Shown piece after piece: positions 1 to 8,567 of a DNA stretch of 64,000 nt; position 1 is the stretch's first letter; each line of letters opens with the position of its first letter. The notes beneath the pieces are model-generated. The model had not been told where the DNA came from, did not search any database, and saw only the letters and a list, made by a program, of their open reading frames with translations. This stretch comes from Fimbriimonadaceae bacterium (GTDB taxonomy: Bacteria > Armatimonadota > Fimbriimonadia > Fimbriimonadales > Fimbriimonadaceae), in assembly GCA_046154445.1 (NCBI GenBank), contig JBJXDW010000010.1:36014-100013 (forward strand), given 5' to 3'. A program made the translations under genes and the position numbers.

Positions 1-122
1 CCGTTACACCTACAGTTGTTGTCGTGTATAATGGGGTTATTACAGGTGTTCACTATGGACTGCCCAGTAATTCTCGGTACTCAGATTTTTTTCAGAATTC
101 TATACCGAGACAGGGAAAATAG
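1..122 (+). CDS. 3' end of an upstream gene (partial), possibly thioredoxin-like
   Basis: Open frame from position 3 (VTPTVVVVYNGVITGVHYGLPSNS...QGK) ending at TAG 120-122, one base before the next ATG at 124. The TPT-hydrophobic-G pattern resembles thioredoxin-fold C-termini. Confidence 0.4.
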   Translation, partial: VTPTVVVVYNGVITGVHYGLPSNSRYSDFFQNSIPRQGK

Positions 123-123
123 A

Positions 124-531
124 ATGAAAAACGAGTTCAGATCATCATTAATATGGTTGTCATTGAGTACCATGGCAGTGGTATTTGCACAAGTGCCTCC
201 TTTTCCCATTAACCCAGGTGAAGCGTGTTCGTATCAATTGGGCAATACTGAGAAAACAGGTTGCCTTGATCAAGCGTGTGCAAGTCAAGTTGTACTTGCG
301 CCGAAGCAGGGTATTGAATGGAATTATAGTTACTGGTGTTGCTACGATTTGGAGCTTGGGACGTATACAAGAGGTCCACTCGGCTTTAAATGGATAAAAA
401 AGATATTGCCACCGAGTTGGAATTTGTTGAAGGGCTGTTGTACAAATGTAAACGAGGATGAACCTAAGAAGCCCAAAATCACTTGCCTAGGACAGCCGAC
501 GGTAGCTGAAGACCCACCTTCAGGAGATTAG
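124..531 (+). CDS. Secreted Cys-rich hypothetical protein
   Basis: ATG 124 directly follows the upstream stop. Signal-peptide-like N-terminus (MKNEFRSSLIWLSLSTMAVVFAQ); 8 Cys including two CC pairs. Confidence 0.65.
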   Translation: MKNEFRSSLIWLSLSTMAVVFAQVPPFPINPGEACSYQLGNTEKTGCLDQACASQVVLAPKQGIEWNYSYWCCYDLELGTYTRGPLGFKWIKKILPPSWNLLKGCCTNVNEDEPKKPKITCLGQPTVAEDPPSGD

Positions 532-595
532 CGATATCTCAGCAAGCAAAGTACCCTTAACGAATGACTGTACTAAGAGACTCGGTGCCTTTAGT

Positions 596-1180
596 TTGCT
601 GGAATCGTTAGTTGCAATTGCTGTGATTGCTATCCTAACATCACTGACGGTCAGTGTTATGACACAAGCGAAGAAGAAAGGTTTACAGGTAGTGGCTACT
701 TCAAATCTGAGGCAAATGTTTGTAGCGCATTCTTTGTACATTGAGACTTGGGAGATTAATCAACCTGCTCAGTTGCCGACTCATTGGGAATACCGTGAAA
801 CGTTTCCGAAATACTTCACTTGTGATCCGAGAGACTACTGGAGAAGCAATTGTTCGGCGGAACCAATCGGCCCAAGTATTGGATCATTTGCGTATGTCGG
901 ATTTGTGAATACGCGTCCGGCCGGCAGTTATCCTGCATTAATTTCAGCTTTTTCTGGACGAGATGGTTCGAAAACGCCATTGCTCTTGAGCATATTTGAG
1001 TCGAACAGACTAGTTGATCCTGTTTCCAATCTTGATGAGTGCTTGGGTGATTTCAATTGTGAGATGCCCGATCGTGCGCTTGTGCTTTTTCAGGATGGAC
1101 ATGTTGCGTCGAAAGTGACCCGATATGACCGCCGATCACTGATGACGTGGAGCACGGTTTTTAGAAGTGTGAACTACTGA
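596..1180 (+). CDS. Prepilin-type N-terminal cleavage/methylation domain protein; true start unresolved and upstream of 596
   Basis: The frame is open from 506 and reads KRLGAF-SLLESLVAIAVIAILTSL (type IV pilin-like motif with E+5), followed by SNLRQM and a C-terminal LFQDGHV motif. Confidence 0.75.
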   Translation: MLESLVAIAVIAILTSLTVSVMTQAKKKGLQVVATSNLRQMFVAHSLYIETWEINQPAQLPTHWEYRETFPKYFTCDPRDYWRSNCSAEPIGPSIGSFAYVGFVNTRPAGSYPALISAFSGRDGSKTPLLLSIFESNRLVDPVSNLDECLGDFNCEMPDRALVLFQDGHVASKVTRYDRRSLMTWSTVFRSVNY

Positions 1181-1578
1181 TGAAGCGGGAGTTGTTTGTT
1201 CAAGTTTTGATTTCGATAGTTGCATACTTTTTTAGCTCCATTCTTGTACGTGTTCCGGCATCAATTTTTTTGGATCGGGGCTTTCTCATCAATTCTCCCG
1301 TGAATTTGGTAATATTTGGAATAGTTGCAGTTCCAATACTTGTTTTCCAAGTTAGGAAAGAAGTTCGAGTGCCATGGTGGCTATTCTTATATGGAGCGGC
1401 TGTTGGGTTGCTGATGTTTTTGCAACCGGTGATGGTAGTGCGGGCCGATGCAAGGACGATTCAGATTGGCTTGCTAGCAGCATGGCATGAATGTGGAGCG
1501 ATCATAGCGTCGTTTTATGTTTATAAAATGTTAGATAGAATCATTCGCGCAGTTAGAGATATGGACGCAATTGATTAG
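1180..1578 (+). CDS. Hypothetical membrane protein (about 4 TM)
   Basis: ATG overlaps the upstream stop (TGATG); four hydrophobic segments. Confidence 0.65.
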   Translation: MKRELFVQVLISIVAYFFSSILVRVPASIFLDRGFLINSPVNLVIFGIVAVPILVFQVRKEVRVPWWLFLYGAAVGLLMFLQPVMVVRADARTIQIGLLAAWHECGAIIASFYVYKMLDRIIRAVRDMDAID

Positions 1579-1579
1579 G

Positions 1580-2401
1580 TTATGCAAGATCGAAGGCTTG
1601 ACCGACCTGACCGATTGAGAATCCAAGCTCCCTGGTGGCTTTTGTTTCTGGGGAGTTTTTGTTGAGAATGGGGTTGGAGTGGTTGAGGTGGATGAGGGTG
1701 GTTTTATTGGCATATTCCTTGAGATGGATGTGCGTGTCGACGACGAACGGGTGGGGGATTTTTGAGAGGTCGCGGCCGGGGAGTTCGGCGCGGCTGTAGA
1801 ACGTGGCGTCGAGGAGGAGGTATTCGTTGAGTTCGAAGATGGTGCGGAAGCTTCGGTCATTGTTTGGCCAGAAGTTGATGTCGGGGCAGTAGAGGAGTGA
1901 TTTGCGCGGGCCGATGACGAAATAGGCGAAGGTGTCGGTGAAATCGGGGCGGTGAGGGACGGCGATTTGAGCGATGGTGAGGTTGGGCGTGAGGACCGTT
2001 GATTCGTAGGATTCTAGTTCTTGGATGAGAATATTTTGATTGCGGATGAGGCTGGCCCAGGGTTCGTTGTTGCTGAGGAAACTGTGCATTTGCCCACTGC
2101 AGTAGACGGGGAGGTTTTGGGTGCTTCGTGCTTCGTTGCCGAGGAAAATGAGGCCGGTGTAATGGCCGATGTGGGCGTGGGTGAGGAAGATTCCTTTGAG
2201 AGTGAGGTGCGCGAGGGGGCGGGTGGCTTGCTCGAATTGAGGCGGGGCGTCGATGAGCCAGTAGCTTTGGGATTCTTCATCGATTATGGCGAGGCAGACG
2301 GAGGAGCTCGCCGGGAGATCGGGGTTTGTGCAGTTGGGGCACGTGCATCCGGGCTGGGGAAAACCGCCATCTTGGGCGATTCCGAGGAGCCGGGCGTGCA
2401 T
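1580..2401 (-). CDS. MBL-fold metallo-hydrolase, PqqB-like family
   Basis: LGIAQDGGFPQPGCTCPNC N-terminus, THAHIGH metal-binding motif, and PHP and IHLNHSN motifs. Confidence 0.85.
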   Translation of the reverse strand: MHARLLGIAQDGGFPQPGCTCPNCTNPDLPASSSVCLAIIDEESQSYWLIDAPPQFEQATRPLAHLTLKGIFLTHAHIGHYTGLIFLGNEARSTQNLPVYCSGQMHSFLSNNEPWASLIRNQNILIQELESYESTVLTPNLTIAQIAVPHRPDFTDTFAYFVIGPRKSLLYCPDINFWPNNDRSFRTIFELNEYLLLDATFYSRAELPGRDLSKIPHPFVVDTHIHLKEYANKTTLIHLNHSNPILNKNSPETKATRELGFSIGQVGQAFDLA

Positions 2402-2455
2402 AGTCTTGTGAGTTTACTGGGTGGGGCATGTGAACAGTTGTTTGAGCAAAACGTC

Positions 2456-3343
2456 ATGGAGGGTATGACAACACTCGCTTGTTTTGTGGCACTGGCTCTG
2501 GCACCGGTTTCGGAAACGAAGACGGTGGATGCGGCGGGATTGAAATGGAGTTATGTTTGGGCGAAGCCAAGTGGAAAAGTGAAAGGATTGATTTTTGCGA
2601 TGCACGGGGCAGGGGGAAGTGGGCAACAGTTTGCAGTTGATTCCAGATGGGTGGAAAAGGCAACGGCGGCGGGTTTTGCGATTGCTTTGCCGACGGGGCA
2701 GCCAGCTTTGCCTTCGCGGGCGGCGAATCCGAAGCAGAATCCGAATTTGTGGAATTCGGGTGAGTTGAACAGCCGAGGTCCCCGGGCAAAGGTGGATGAC
2801 TTTGCGTTTTTTGACAAGATGTTGAAGGACTGCGAAATGGAGGTTGGGGCGGTGCCGGTCTTTTTGGCGGGACATTCAAATGGCGCGGCAATGAGTTACA
2901 AACTTGCGGTGCATTGGCAGAGCAGGGTGAAGGGAATTGGGATGATGGCGGGGGATTTGAAATGTGAGCTGGGGCCGAAGCCGCCGCAGGTAATTCCTTC
3001 TCTGATTTTTGCGGGTGAGAAGGATCCACTATTGCTTTGGGAGGGGGGAACGGTTGATTTGCCTTGGGGGAATGCTAAGCGGAAGACGGAACCGGTTTTG
3101 AAGATTGTTGGAGGATGGGCGACTTGGATGGGGTTGCCGAACGCACCGAAAAAATCGACAGCGGCGAATGGGACGGTGGTTTATGACTATGGGCAGGGGG
3201 TGAGTTTGGTGATGATTCCGGGGCAGGGTCACGTTTGGCCGGGAGGTCGGACGGGTGAGCTTTCGGCTCGGAAGGAGGGTCAGGATTCGGGGAAGGTTGA
3301 TGCGACGGGTGAGTTGGTGAAGTTTTTTAGTAGTCGCAGTTGA
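2456..3343 (+). CDS. Secreted alpha/beta hydrolase, PHB depolymerase/LpqC-like esterase (paralog 1)
   Basis: HGAGGSG oxyanion region, GHSNG nucleophile, GEKD Asp and GHVWPG His. Start moved to ATG 2456/2465 because the longer ORF is antisense to the MBL gene. Confidence 0.85.
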   Translation: MEGMTTLACFVALALAPVSETKTVDAAGLKWSYVWAKPSGKVKGLIFAMHGAGGSGQQFAVDSRWVEKATAAGFAIALPTGQPALPSRAANPKQNPNLWNSGELNSRGPRAKVDDFAFFDKMLKDCEMEVGAVPVFLAGHSNGAAMSYKLAVHWQSRVKGIGMMAGDLKCELGPKPPQVIPSLIFAGEKDPLLLWEGGTVDLPWGNAKRKTEPVLKIVGGWATWMGLPNAPKKSTAANGTVVYDYGQGVSLVMIPGQGHVWPGGRTGELSARKEGQDSGKVDATGELVKFFSSRS

Positions 3344-3360
3344 ATTAGTGGAATTGATCT

Positions 3361-4305
3361 ATGGGACGTGTTAAACCTTGGTTGATCGGGTGCGTTGTGC
3401 TTGGTATGGCGTTATCGGCGGCGATTATTGGATTGGTGATGGTTCGGACGGCTTTTCGAACGGTTCCAGAAAATGTGAGGACGGTTCAGGCGGAGGGTTA
3501 TACGTGGGAGTATGTTTTTTCGAAGCCCAAGGGGAAGGCGAAGGGATTGATTTTGGCGATGCATGGGGCGGGTGGTTCGGGGCCGCAGTTTGATGAAAGT
3601 GGCCAATGGAGCAAGAAAGCGAATGCGGCGGGTTTTGCGGTGGTTTTGCCGACGGGGCAAGCAGCGCGACCAAATCTGCCAGCCAATTTTCGGACTAATC
3701 CTCACCTGTGGAATTCTGGTCAGTTGAATTCAGGATCGCCGCGGACAAAGATCAATGATTTTGCGGCGCTTGAGAAGATTGTGGGCGAGTGTCAGAAGGA
3801 GTTGGGGAATGTTCCGCTGTTTGTGAGTGGACATTCGAATGGGGCGGGTATGAGTTTCGCGGTGGTGAGTGAGTGGTCAGACAAAGTTACGGCGATGGGA
3901 ATAATGAGCGGAAATTTGCTCCACAAAGTTGAAGGGAAGGCAAAGAAACCGGTTCCGACACTGTGGATTGTGGGCGAGAAGGATCCGCTTTCACCGTTTG
4001 ATGGTGGGACAACAAAGATGGAAATTTGGGGGACTGAAAAGGAAAATCGCCCGGTGATGGAGGCTTCGAAACAGTGGGCGGAATGGAATGGATATTCGGG
4101 TGCGGTTAGAAAACTGGATGTCAAGGATGGGGTGACGGAGTTTCGGTATGGGGATGTGGTTCGGGTTTTGGAGTGCATGGGGCATGGGCACGCTTGGCCC
4201 GGTGGGAAGAAGGGTGAGTTGCCGGCTTCGATTATTGGGCCGGATGTGGCGAAGATGGATGCGACGAGTGAGTTGGTGAAGTTTTACCAAATGTTTCTGA
4301 AATAG
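3361..4305 (+). CDS. Alpha/beta hydrolase, PHB depolymerase/LpqC-like esterase (paralog 2, N-terminal membrane anchor)
   Basis: Same motifs as paralog 1 (HGAGGSG, GHSNG, GEKDP, GHAWPGG) plus a hydrophobic N-terminal helix. Confidence 0.85.
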   Translation: MGRVKPWLIGCVVLGMALSAAIIGLVMVRTAFRTVPENVRTVQAEGYTWEYVFSKPKGKAKGLILAMHGAGGSGPQFDESGQWSKKANAAGFAVVLPTGQAARPNLPANFRTNPHLWNSGQLNSGSPRTKINDFAALEKIVGECQKELGNVPLFVSGHSNGAGMSFAVVSEWSDKVTAMGIMSGNLLHKVEGKAKKPVPTLWIVGEKDPLSPFDGGTTKMEIWGTEKENRPVMEASKQWAEWNGYSGAVRKLDVKDGVTEFRYGDVVRVLECMGHGHAWPGGKKGELPASIIGPDVAKMDATSELVKFYQMFLK

Positions 4306-4407
4306 GTCGTTGGCACGAATCTGGCTCAAAACACGTCTTGGATTTTACGGGTAGGATTACAACTACTTGTAGTCACATATGAAACAGAATTTCGATGGAG
4401 GTTTGGC

Positions 4408-5145
4408 TTGATGCCTGAGTTCACCAATGTCCCTTTAGAAGAGGTTGCCTTGAGGCTGACATTATCAGCTGGCATAGCCTGGAATTTGGAAAGGGCAATG
4501 CGTTTACATTCAGTTCTTGGCAATGACTTTCAGGTGATAAAAGAAACACACGGTTTAGAACAAATTCCTGGAATGGATGGCTACATGACCGAAATTCCTT
4601 TTGGTGCGATTGCAGGAATTGAATTGCAAGATACAACGAATGGTGTCAGATTAATGTCACAGGCGAATCTAGTTAAAGTAAGTTGGCACCAAGGAATTTC
4701 CCCTGATAATAAGTATGTCAGATTTGACTATCTTCTTGATTTGTTAGTTAAATTTTATGGAATTTTACAGAAGTTAGTAGATAATCCATTGCCTGTTATG
4801 GTGGCCAATATGAGCTATCTTGATAAGGTGAATGATGGAAAAACTGATGCTGAATATTTTTTAGAAAAATATTTAGATAGATCATCTTTTCCTAGCCTTT
4901 TTCCTGATGATGCGCATGTAAATCACGTTGATTCTTCCTGGAAACTAGCTGATGGTATTGACATCCGCTTTCAGTTTCGTAGAATAGAGGAACCTACAGG
5001 ATATGCGTTTATAACCTCAGGCGGCAAAATTCTTGAAGAAGGTGATCAATATGGTGAATCACTTAAATCAATTAGAGTTCACTTGCATGAATTTTTCCTA
5101 AAGCAGCTATCAGAGAATGGCAAGAAGGAATTTGGCCTTTTATGA
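4408..5145 (+). CDS. TIGR04255-like family protein
   Basis: FTNVPLEEVAL N-terminus, Q...W...KYVRFD..L and NMSYLD motifs resemble the TIGR04255 family. GGAGG SD before TTG/ATG; AT-rich. Confidence 0.65.
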   Translation: MMPEFTNVPLEEVALRLTLSAGIAWNLERAMRLHSVLGNDFQVIKETHGLEQIPGMDGYMTEIPFGAIAGIELQDTTNGVRLMSQANLVKVSWHQGISPDNKYVRFDYLLDLLVKFYGILQKLVDNPLPVMVANMSYLDKVNDGKTDAEYFLEKYLDRSSFPSLFPDDAHVNHVDSSWKLADGIDIRFQFRRIEEPTGYAFITSGGKILEEGDQYGESLKSIRVHLHEFFLKQLSENGKKEFGLL

Positions 5146-5654
5146 ATACGACACTGAACGCAACATTATATACTGCATTGTGTACCCTTTCTGAGATTCT
5201 TGATCAGTCCGAGTATAAATCTCGATTGTTAAAGAATATTGATTCCAGGATCGAAGAGCTTGAAGAAGAGGCAATTGAATATGGAGAAAAAGCTTTGCAG
5301 CCTGGTCAGGTTGAAGAAATTAGGCAGGTTTATCTAGATATTGCTTTAAAGATGGGTAACTCGAGAAAAATCGGAGTTACCCGAGACGCAGATGCCAAAT
5401 TGTCACTGCAAGTTCTTGATAATGAAGTTGGCAAGCAGTTGACGCTTTATATTAAACCTAGTAATACTTGGCTAGAGCTAATGTGGCTCGATTCGGAGCA
5501 AAAAATTTGTGGGCCCTCGATATTGTTTGGCGATCCTGTCTCGATCCTGAGAAACGAACGTTACTGGCAAGCGATTTCTTCGCAGTCATTCAAATTGCTT
5601 GATGCTACAGGAGACTTGGTAGGAGCGGTGCAGTTGCCGTCAAAAATGATCTAA
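5142..5654 (+). CDS. Hypothetical protein (middle gene of three-gene module)
   Basis: ATGA overlap with the upstream gene; 170 aa; AT-rich. Confidence 0.7.
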   Translation: MNTTLNATLYTALCTLSEILDQSEYKSRLLKNIDSRIEELEEEAIEYGEKALQPGQVEEIRQVYLDIALKMGNSRKIGVTRDADAKLSLQVLDNEVGKQLTLYIKPSNTWLELMWLDSEQKICGPSILFGDPVSILRNERYWQAISSQSFKLLDATGDLVGAVQLPSKMI

Positions 5655-5660
5655 AGTTTT

Positions 5661-6089
5661 ATGTCAGAACCTCGTTTGCTTCGACGATTAAGACCCCGCA
5701 AAAACGAGTTGGAAAAATTGTCAGATAGTACTTATTATATTCATGATAACGCATTTAATATGGATGAAAATTCTGGGTGTTCGGTTACTAAGCAAAGCGA
5801 ACCCAACCTCTCAGACGCTTGGTTGCATTCATACTGGTGCCATGTGGATTGTCGAATGCCCTCTGGCGATGCTTTGGCAATATGTTACATAACTGTTGCA
5901 CAAGCTGAAGATTCTAATGCAAATGTTGTTTCGACTCCTTCAGAAAAATGCTTTCCTGATTTGCATTACGAGATTTTGTATGAGTCGGAGTCCGCAAAGA
6001 AAAAATTAGGTATGTACGCTAGGGTGAACGGTCTTATAAAACAACCGATGAAGGAGGCAAAAATCACCAAGTCAGGTTGTTGTAGTTGA
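5661..6089 (+). CDS. Hypothetical protein with R...AF...SV...H pattern (possible ADP-ribosyltransferase-like fold)
   Basis: Starts 6 nt after the upstream stop; LLRRL / NAF / GCSV / PDLHYEI motif spacing. Confidence 0.65.
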   Translation: MSEPRLLRRLRPRKNELEKLSDSTYYIHDNAFNMDENSGCSVTKQSEPNLSDAWLHSYWCHVDCRMPSGDALAICYITVAQAEDSNANVVSTPSEKCFPDLHYEILYESESAKKKLGMYARVNGLIKQPMKEAKITKSGCCS

Positions 6090-6115
6090 GGCAAATCTGC
6101 ATAACCGGAGAAGGT

Positions 6116-6169
6116 TCACTCTTCTAATATGAGGTTCGGCATTCTGGTAATTCGTAAATTACACGTCAT
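6116..6169 (-). pseudogene. Truncated RelE/ParE-type toxin stub
   Basis: ATG overlaps the end of the Phd antitoxin; MTCNLRITRMPNLILEE* resembles a ParE N-terminus but stops after 17 codons. Confidence 0.4.
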
Positions 6170-6440
6170 ACTTTGCCCGCATTCTTTCATAGACTGCTTC
6201 GGCGGATTTGCTCTCGCCATTATTGGCCTCGATTATTCCCTCGCGGACTGCTTCGAGGAACCGGCTTCGCTCGAGTTCGTTAAGCATTGCCTGATAGGCT
6301 TCGGCATCTTGAACGACGAGTTTGGCTTGACCGTTTACGGTGAGCACGAGAGGCTCCTTACTCTGCCCCAATTTGCCAACATATGTTTTAACGTTCTTTT
6401 GGAAGTTTGTGAGAGAGTCGATGGCAGTGGTTTTGATCAT
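6159..6440 (-). CDS. Phd/YefM family antitoxin
   Basis: SLTNFQKN...LVLTVNGQAKLVVQDAEAYQ is the typical Phd/YefM pattern. Confidence 0.85.
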   Translation of the reverse strand: MIKTTAIDSLTNFQKNVKTYVGKLGQSKEPLVLTVNGQAKLVVQDAEAYQAMLNELERSRFLEAVREGIIEANNGESKSAEAVYERMRAKYDV

Positions 6441-6558
6441 TTCAGGTAAGTCTCGGAATAATCATGTTATTCCATGCTCTTAATGACGTTTGAGGAAATC
6501 AGTTTGTCACAGACTTTCGGATGAATGTGTCCTCGCGGGTCCTGAAGGTGGCGTAGGA

Positions 6559-6570
6559 TAGAATGAGCTT
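6559..6570 (+). promoter_or_regulatory. -10 box (TAGAAT) 6 nt before the lipA ATG; putative leaderless promoter
   Basis: TAGAAT-gagctt-ATG with no SD between them. Confidence 0.5.
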
Positions 6571-7497
6571 ATGGCCCAGCGCCTTCCGGAATGGTTAACG
6601 ATTCGATTGCCGCGACCTGACACGATCAACGAGGTTCAGGCGATGATGCGGGGGAAGAACTTGCACACGGTGTGTGAGAGTGCACGGTGTCCGAATTTGC
6701 CGGAGTGTTGGAGCAAAAAGACCGCGACGTTTATGATTTTGGGGGATACGTGTACGCGGAGTTGTGGATTCTGTGCGATTAAGGTGGGGAAGGGGCTGGA
6801 GCTTGATCCGTTTGAGCCCCTGAACGTGGCGAAGGCGACCAAAGAGCTGGGATTGAAGCATGTTGTGGTGACTTCGGTTGCCCGGGATGACTTGAAAGAC
6901 CAAGGTGCGGGGCAGTTTGCGAAGACAATTACGGCGTTGCACAAAGAGTTGCCGGATGTGATTGTTGAGATTTTGACGCCAGATTTTAAGGCGAATGAGG
7001 AATGTATTCGCACGGTTTGCGCGGCTCATCCGGAGATTTATAACCACAATATTGAGACCGTGGAGCGGTTGCATACAATTGTTCGGCCACAGGCGAAATA
7101 TGCGCGGACGATGCGCGTTCTGGAGATGGTGAAGGAGATTGATCCGGCGATTTATACTAAGTCGGGGTTAATGCTTGGGCTTGGGGAGACGCGGGAGGAG
7201 GTTGTTAAGACCTTGGAAGATTTGCGACGGATTGGGGTGGATGCGATTACGATTGGTCAGTATTTGCGGCCGACGATGAAGCATTTGCCGGTTCATGAAT
7301 ACATTCACCCGGATGTTTTTAAGGAATACGAAGCGATTGGTGAGGAGATGGGGTTTGCGTTTGTGGCGAGTGGGCCGTTTATTCGGAGTTCTTATAATGC
7401 GATTGCGTTTAGTGAGAAAGTGATGGGCGAGCGGTTGGCTCGGGCGGGTTATAAGGCTCCTTCGAAGGGTGGGGATATGCTGCGGGTTTTACAGTAA
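6571..7497 (+). CDS. lipA: Lipoyl synthase
   Basis: CESARCPNLPEC and CTRSCGFC motifs; RSSY C-terminal motif. Confidence 0.97.
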   Translation: MAQRLPEWLTIRLPRPDTINEVQAMMRGKNLHTVCESARCPNLPECWSKKTATFMILGDTCTRSCGFCAIKVGKGLELDPFEPLNVAKATKELGLKHVVVTSVARDDLKDQGAGQFAKTITALHKELPDVIVEILTPDFKANEECIRTVCAAHPEIYNHNIETVERLHTIVRPQAKYARTMRVLEMVKEIDPAIYTKSGLMLGLGETREEVVKTLEDLRRIGVDAITIGQYLRPTMKHLPVHEYIHPDVFKEYEAIGEEMGFAFVASGPFIRSSYNAIAFSEKVMGERLARAGYKAPSKGGDMLRVLQ

Positions 7498-7501
7498 GAT
7501 T

Positions 7502-7528
7502 GGCACTCCCGAAGGAGTGCCGATTTTT
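7502..7528. terminator. Hairpin between convergent genes
   Basis: GGCACTCC-CGAA-GGAGTGCC followed by GATTTTT. Confidence 0.65.
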
Positions 7529-7537
7529 GAAGATTGG

Positions 7538-8476
7538 TTATGTTCCGATATTGAACGAGACTCCGATAAAGAAGAGCGGTTTGAATTCCTTTCTTGTTGG
7601 GAGTGTTTCGCCGGCGAATTCTTGCCCTTCTTTAATCCCTTGTAAAAGGACATTGCGGCTGCGGAATGAAAGCCCATAACTGAGGACGGCGGTGCCGTCT
7701 CTATCGAGGAGCCAACAGATTCCAATTTGATATGTGGGGTCGATATCATCTTTCGTGGCGATGCCGGCCATGAGCCCGAGGCGGTGGTGACTTGGATCAA
7801 AGAGCCCAAACGTGAGAAGGCGGGCGACGCCGGGGCTTGCTAGCCATGCTTCATCATCGAATGGTAGATAGATTTGACCGGTGAGGTTGCCGTTAAAATT
7901 GCGTTGGTCAGCTTTTTCGACGACTTTTTTGCTTGGGTCACCAACTTTTGGGACGAGCTGGTAGCTGCCGAAATCGTCGCCAAAATTATAAGCAAACCCG
8001 GCACCGATTTTTGTGATTGCCTTGAGCTTGCGAGCGGCGAGGATGGTTATTGATTGGGAATGTTCGTCGCTAGAGATGGTGATTGTTTGGTCAAATTCAC
8101 TAGAGATATCTAAGGAGTTGTTGCTTTTGATTGTTCGTTCGGGCAGTGGTTTTCCGTCATCGTAGACGCCACTAATTTTGATCTCGTAGTTGGCAGCATT
8201 AGTGAGGGTGACCTTCCAATCTCGGGCGACGAATACGCGGCCCGGTGCGGGTACGAAGTCGAGATCGCTTGCGGTCTGCTTTTTGCCATTTTCTGATCGA
8301 ATCTGCCGGATGGAGAGCTTGCCGGATTGCTCGAAGCGAAATTCTTGGCTCCCACGAATCGCAGCGAAGGTGATGTCACTATTTTGTTCAGGACTGCGGT
8401 CAATCGGGTTGTCGGCCCGCGCAAGTGTGACCGAACACAGACAGATTGTGGCAAGGAAATAGGTGGCGTATTTCAT
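7538..8476 (-). CDS. Secreted hypothetical protein, C-terminal half beta-strand-rich (possible outer-membrane protein)
   Basis: Signal peptide MKYATYFLATICLCSVTLARA; alternating hydrophobic pattern ending FFIGVSFNIGT. Confidence 0.7.
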   Translation of the reverse strand: MKYATYFLATICLCSVTLARADNPIDRSPEQNSDITFAAIRGSQEFRFEQSGKLSIRQIRSENGKKQTASDLDFVPAPGRVFVARDWKVTLTNAANYEIKISGVYDDGKPLPERTIKSNNSLDISSEFDQTITISSDEHSQSITILAARKLKAITKIGAGFAYNFGDDFGSYQLVPKVGDPSKKVVEKADQRNFNGNLTGQIYLPFDDEAWLASPGVARLLTFGLFDPSHHRLGLMAGIATKDDIDPTYQIGICWLLDRDGTAVLSYGLSFRSRNVLLQGIKEGQEFAGETLPTRKEFKPLFFIGVSFNIGT

Positions 8477-8567
8477 TTGTGATATGTTGCCCCGGTTGTT
8501 GTTTAGCGGCTGAAAATTATGAATTTCTCATAAATTAACTATGATAAATTTGTGATAGAAAGGAATG

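Noticed and set aside
1580-2401. PQQ biosynthesis cluster
   Set aside because: Only a PqqB-like MBL is present; no pqqA, C, D or E nearby.
2021-2455. N-terminal extension of the first esterase ORF; likewise 12042-12257, 12727-12960, 15272-15424, 17174-17260 and 49892-50068
   Set aside because: These extensions overlap other genes or intergenic signals; better starts with signal peptides or family N-termini lie downstream.
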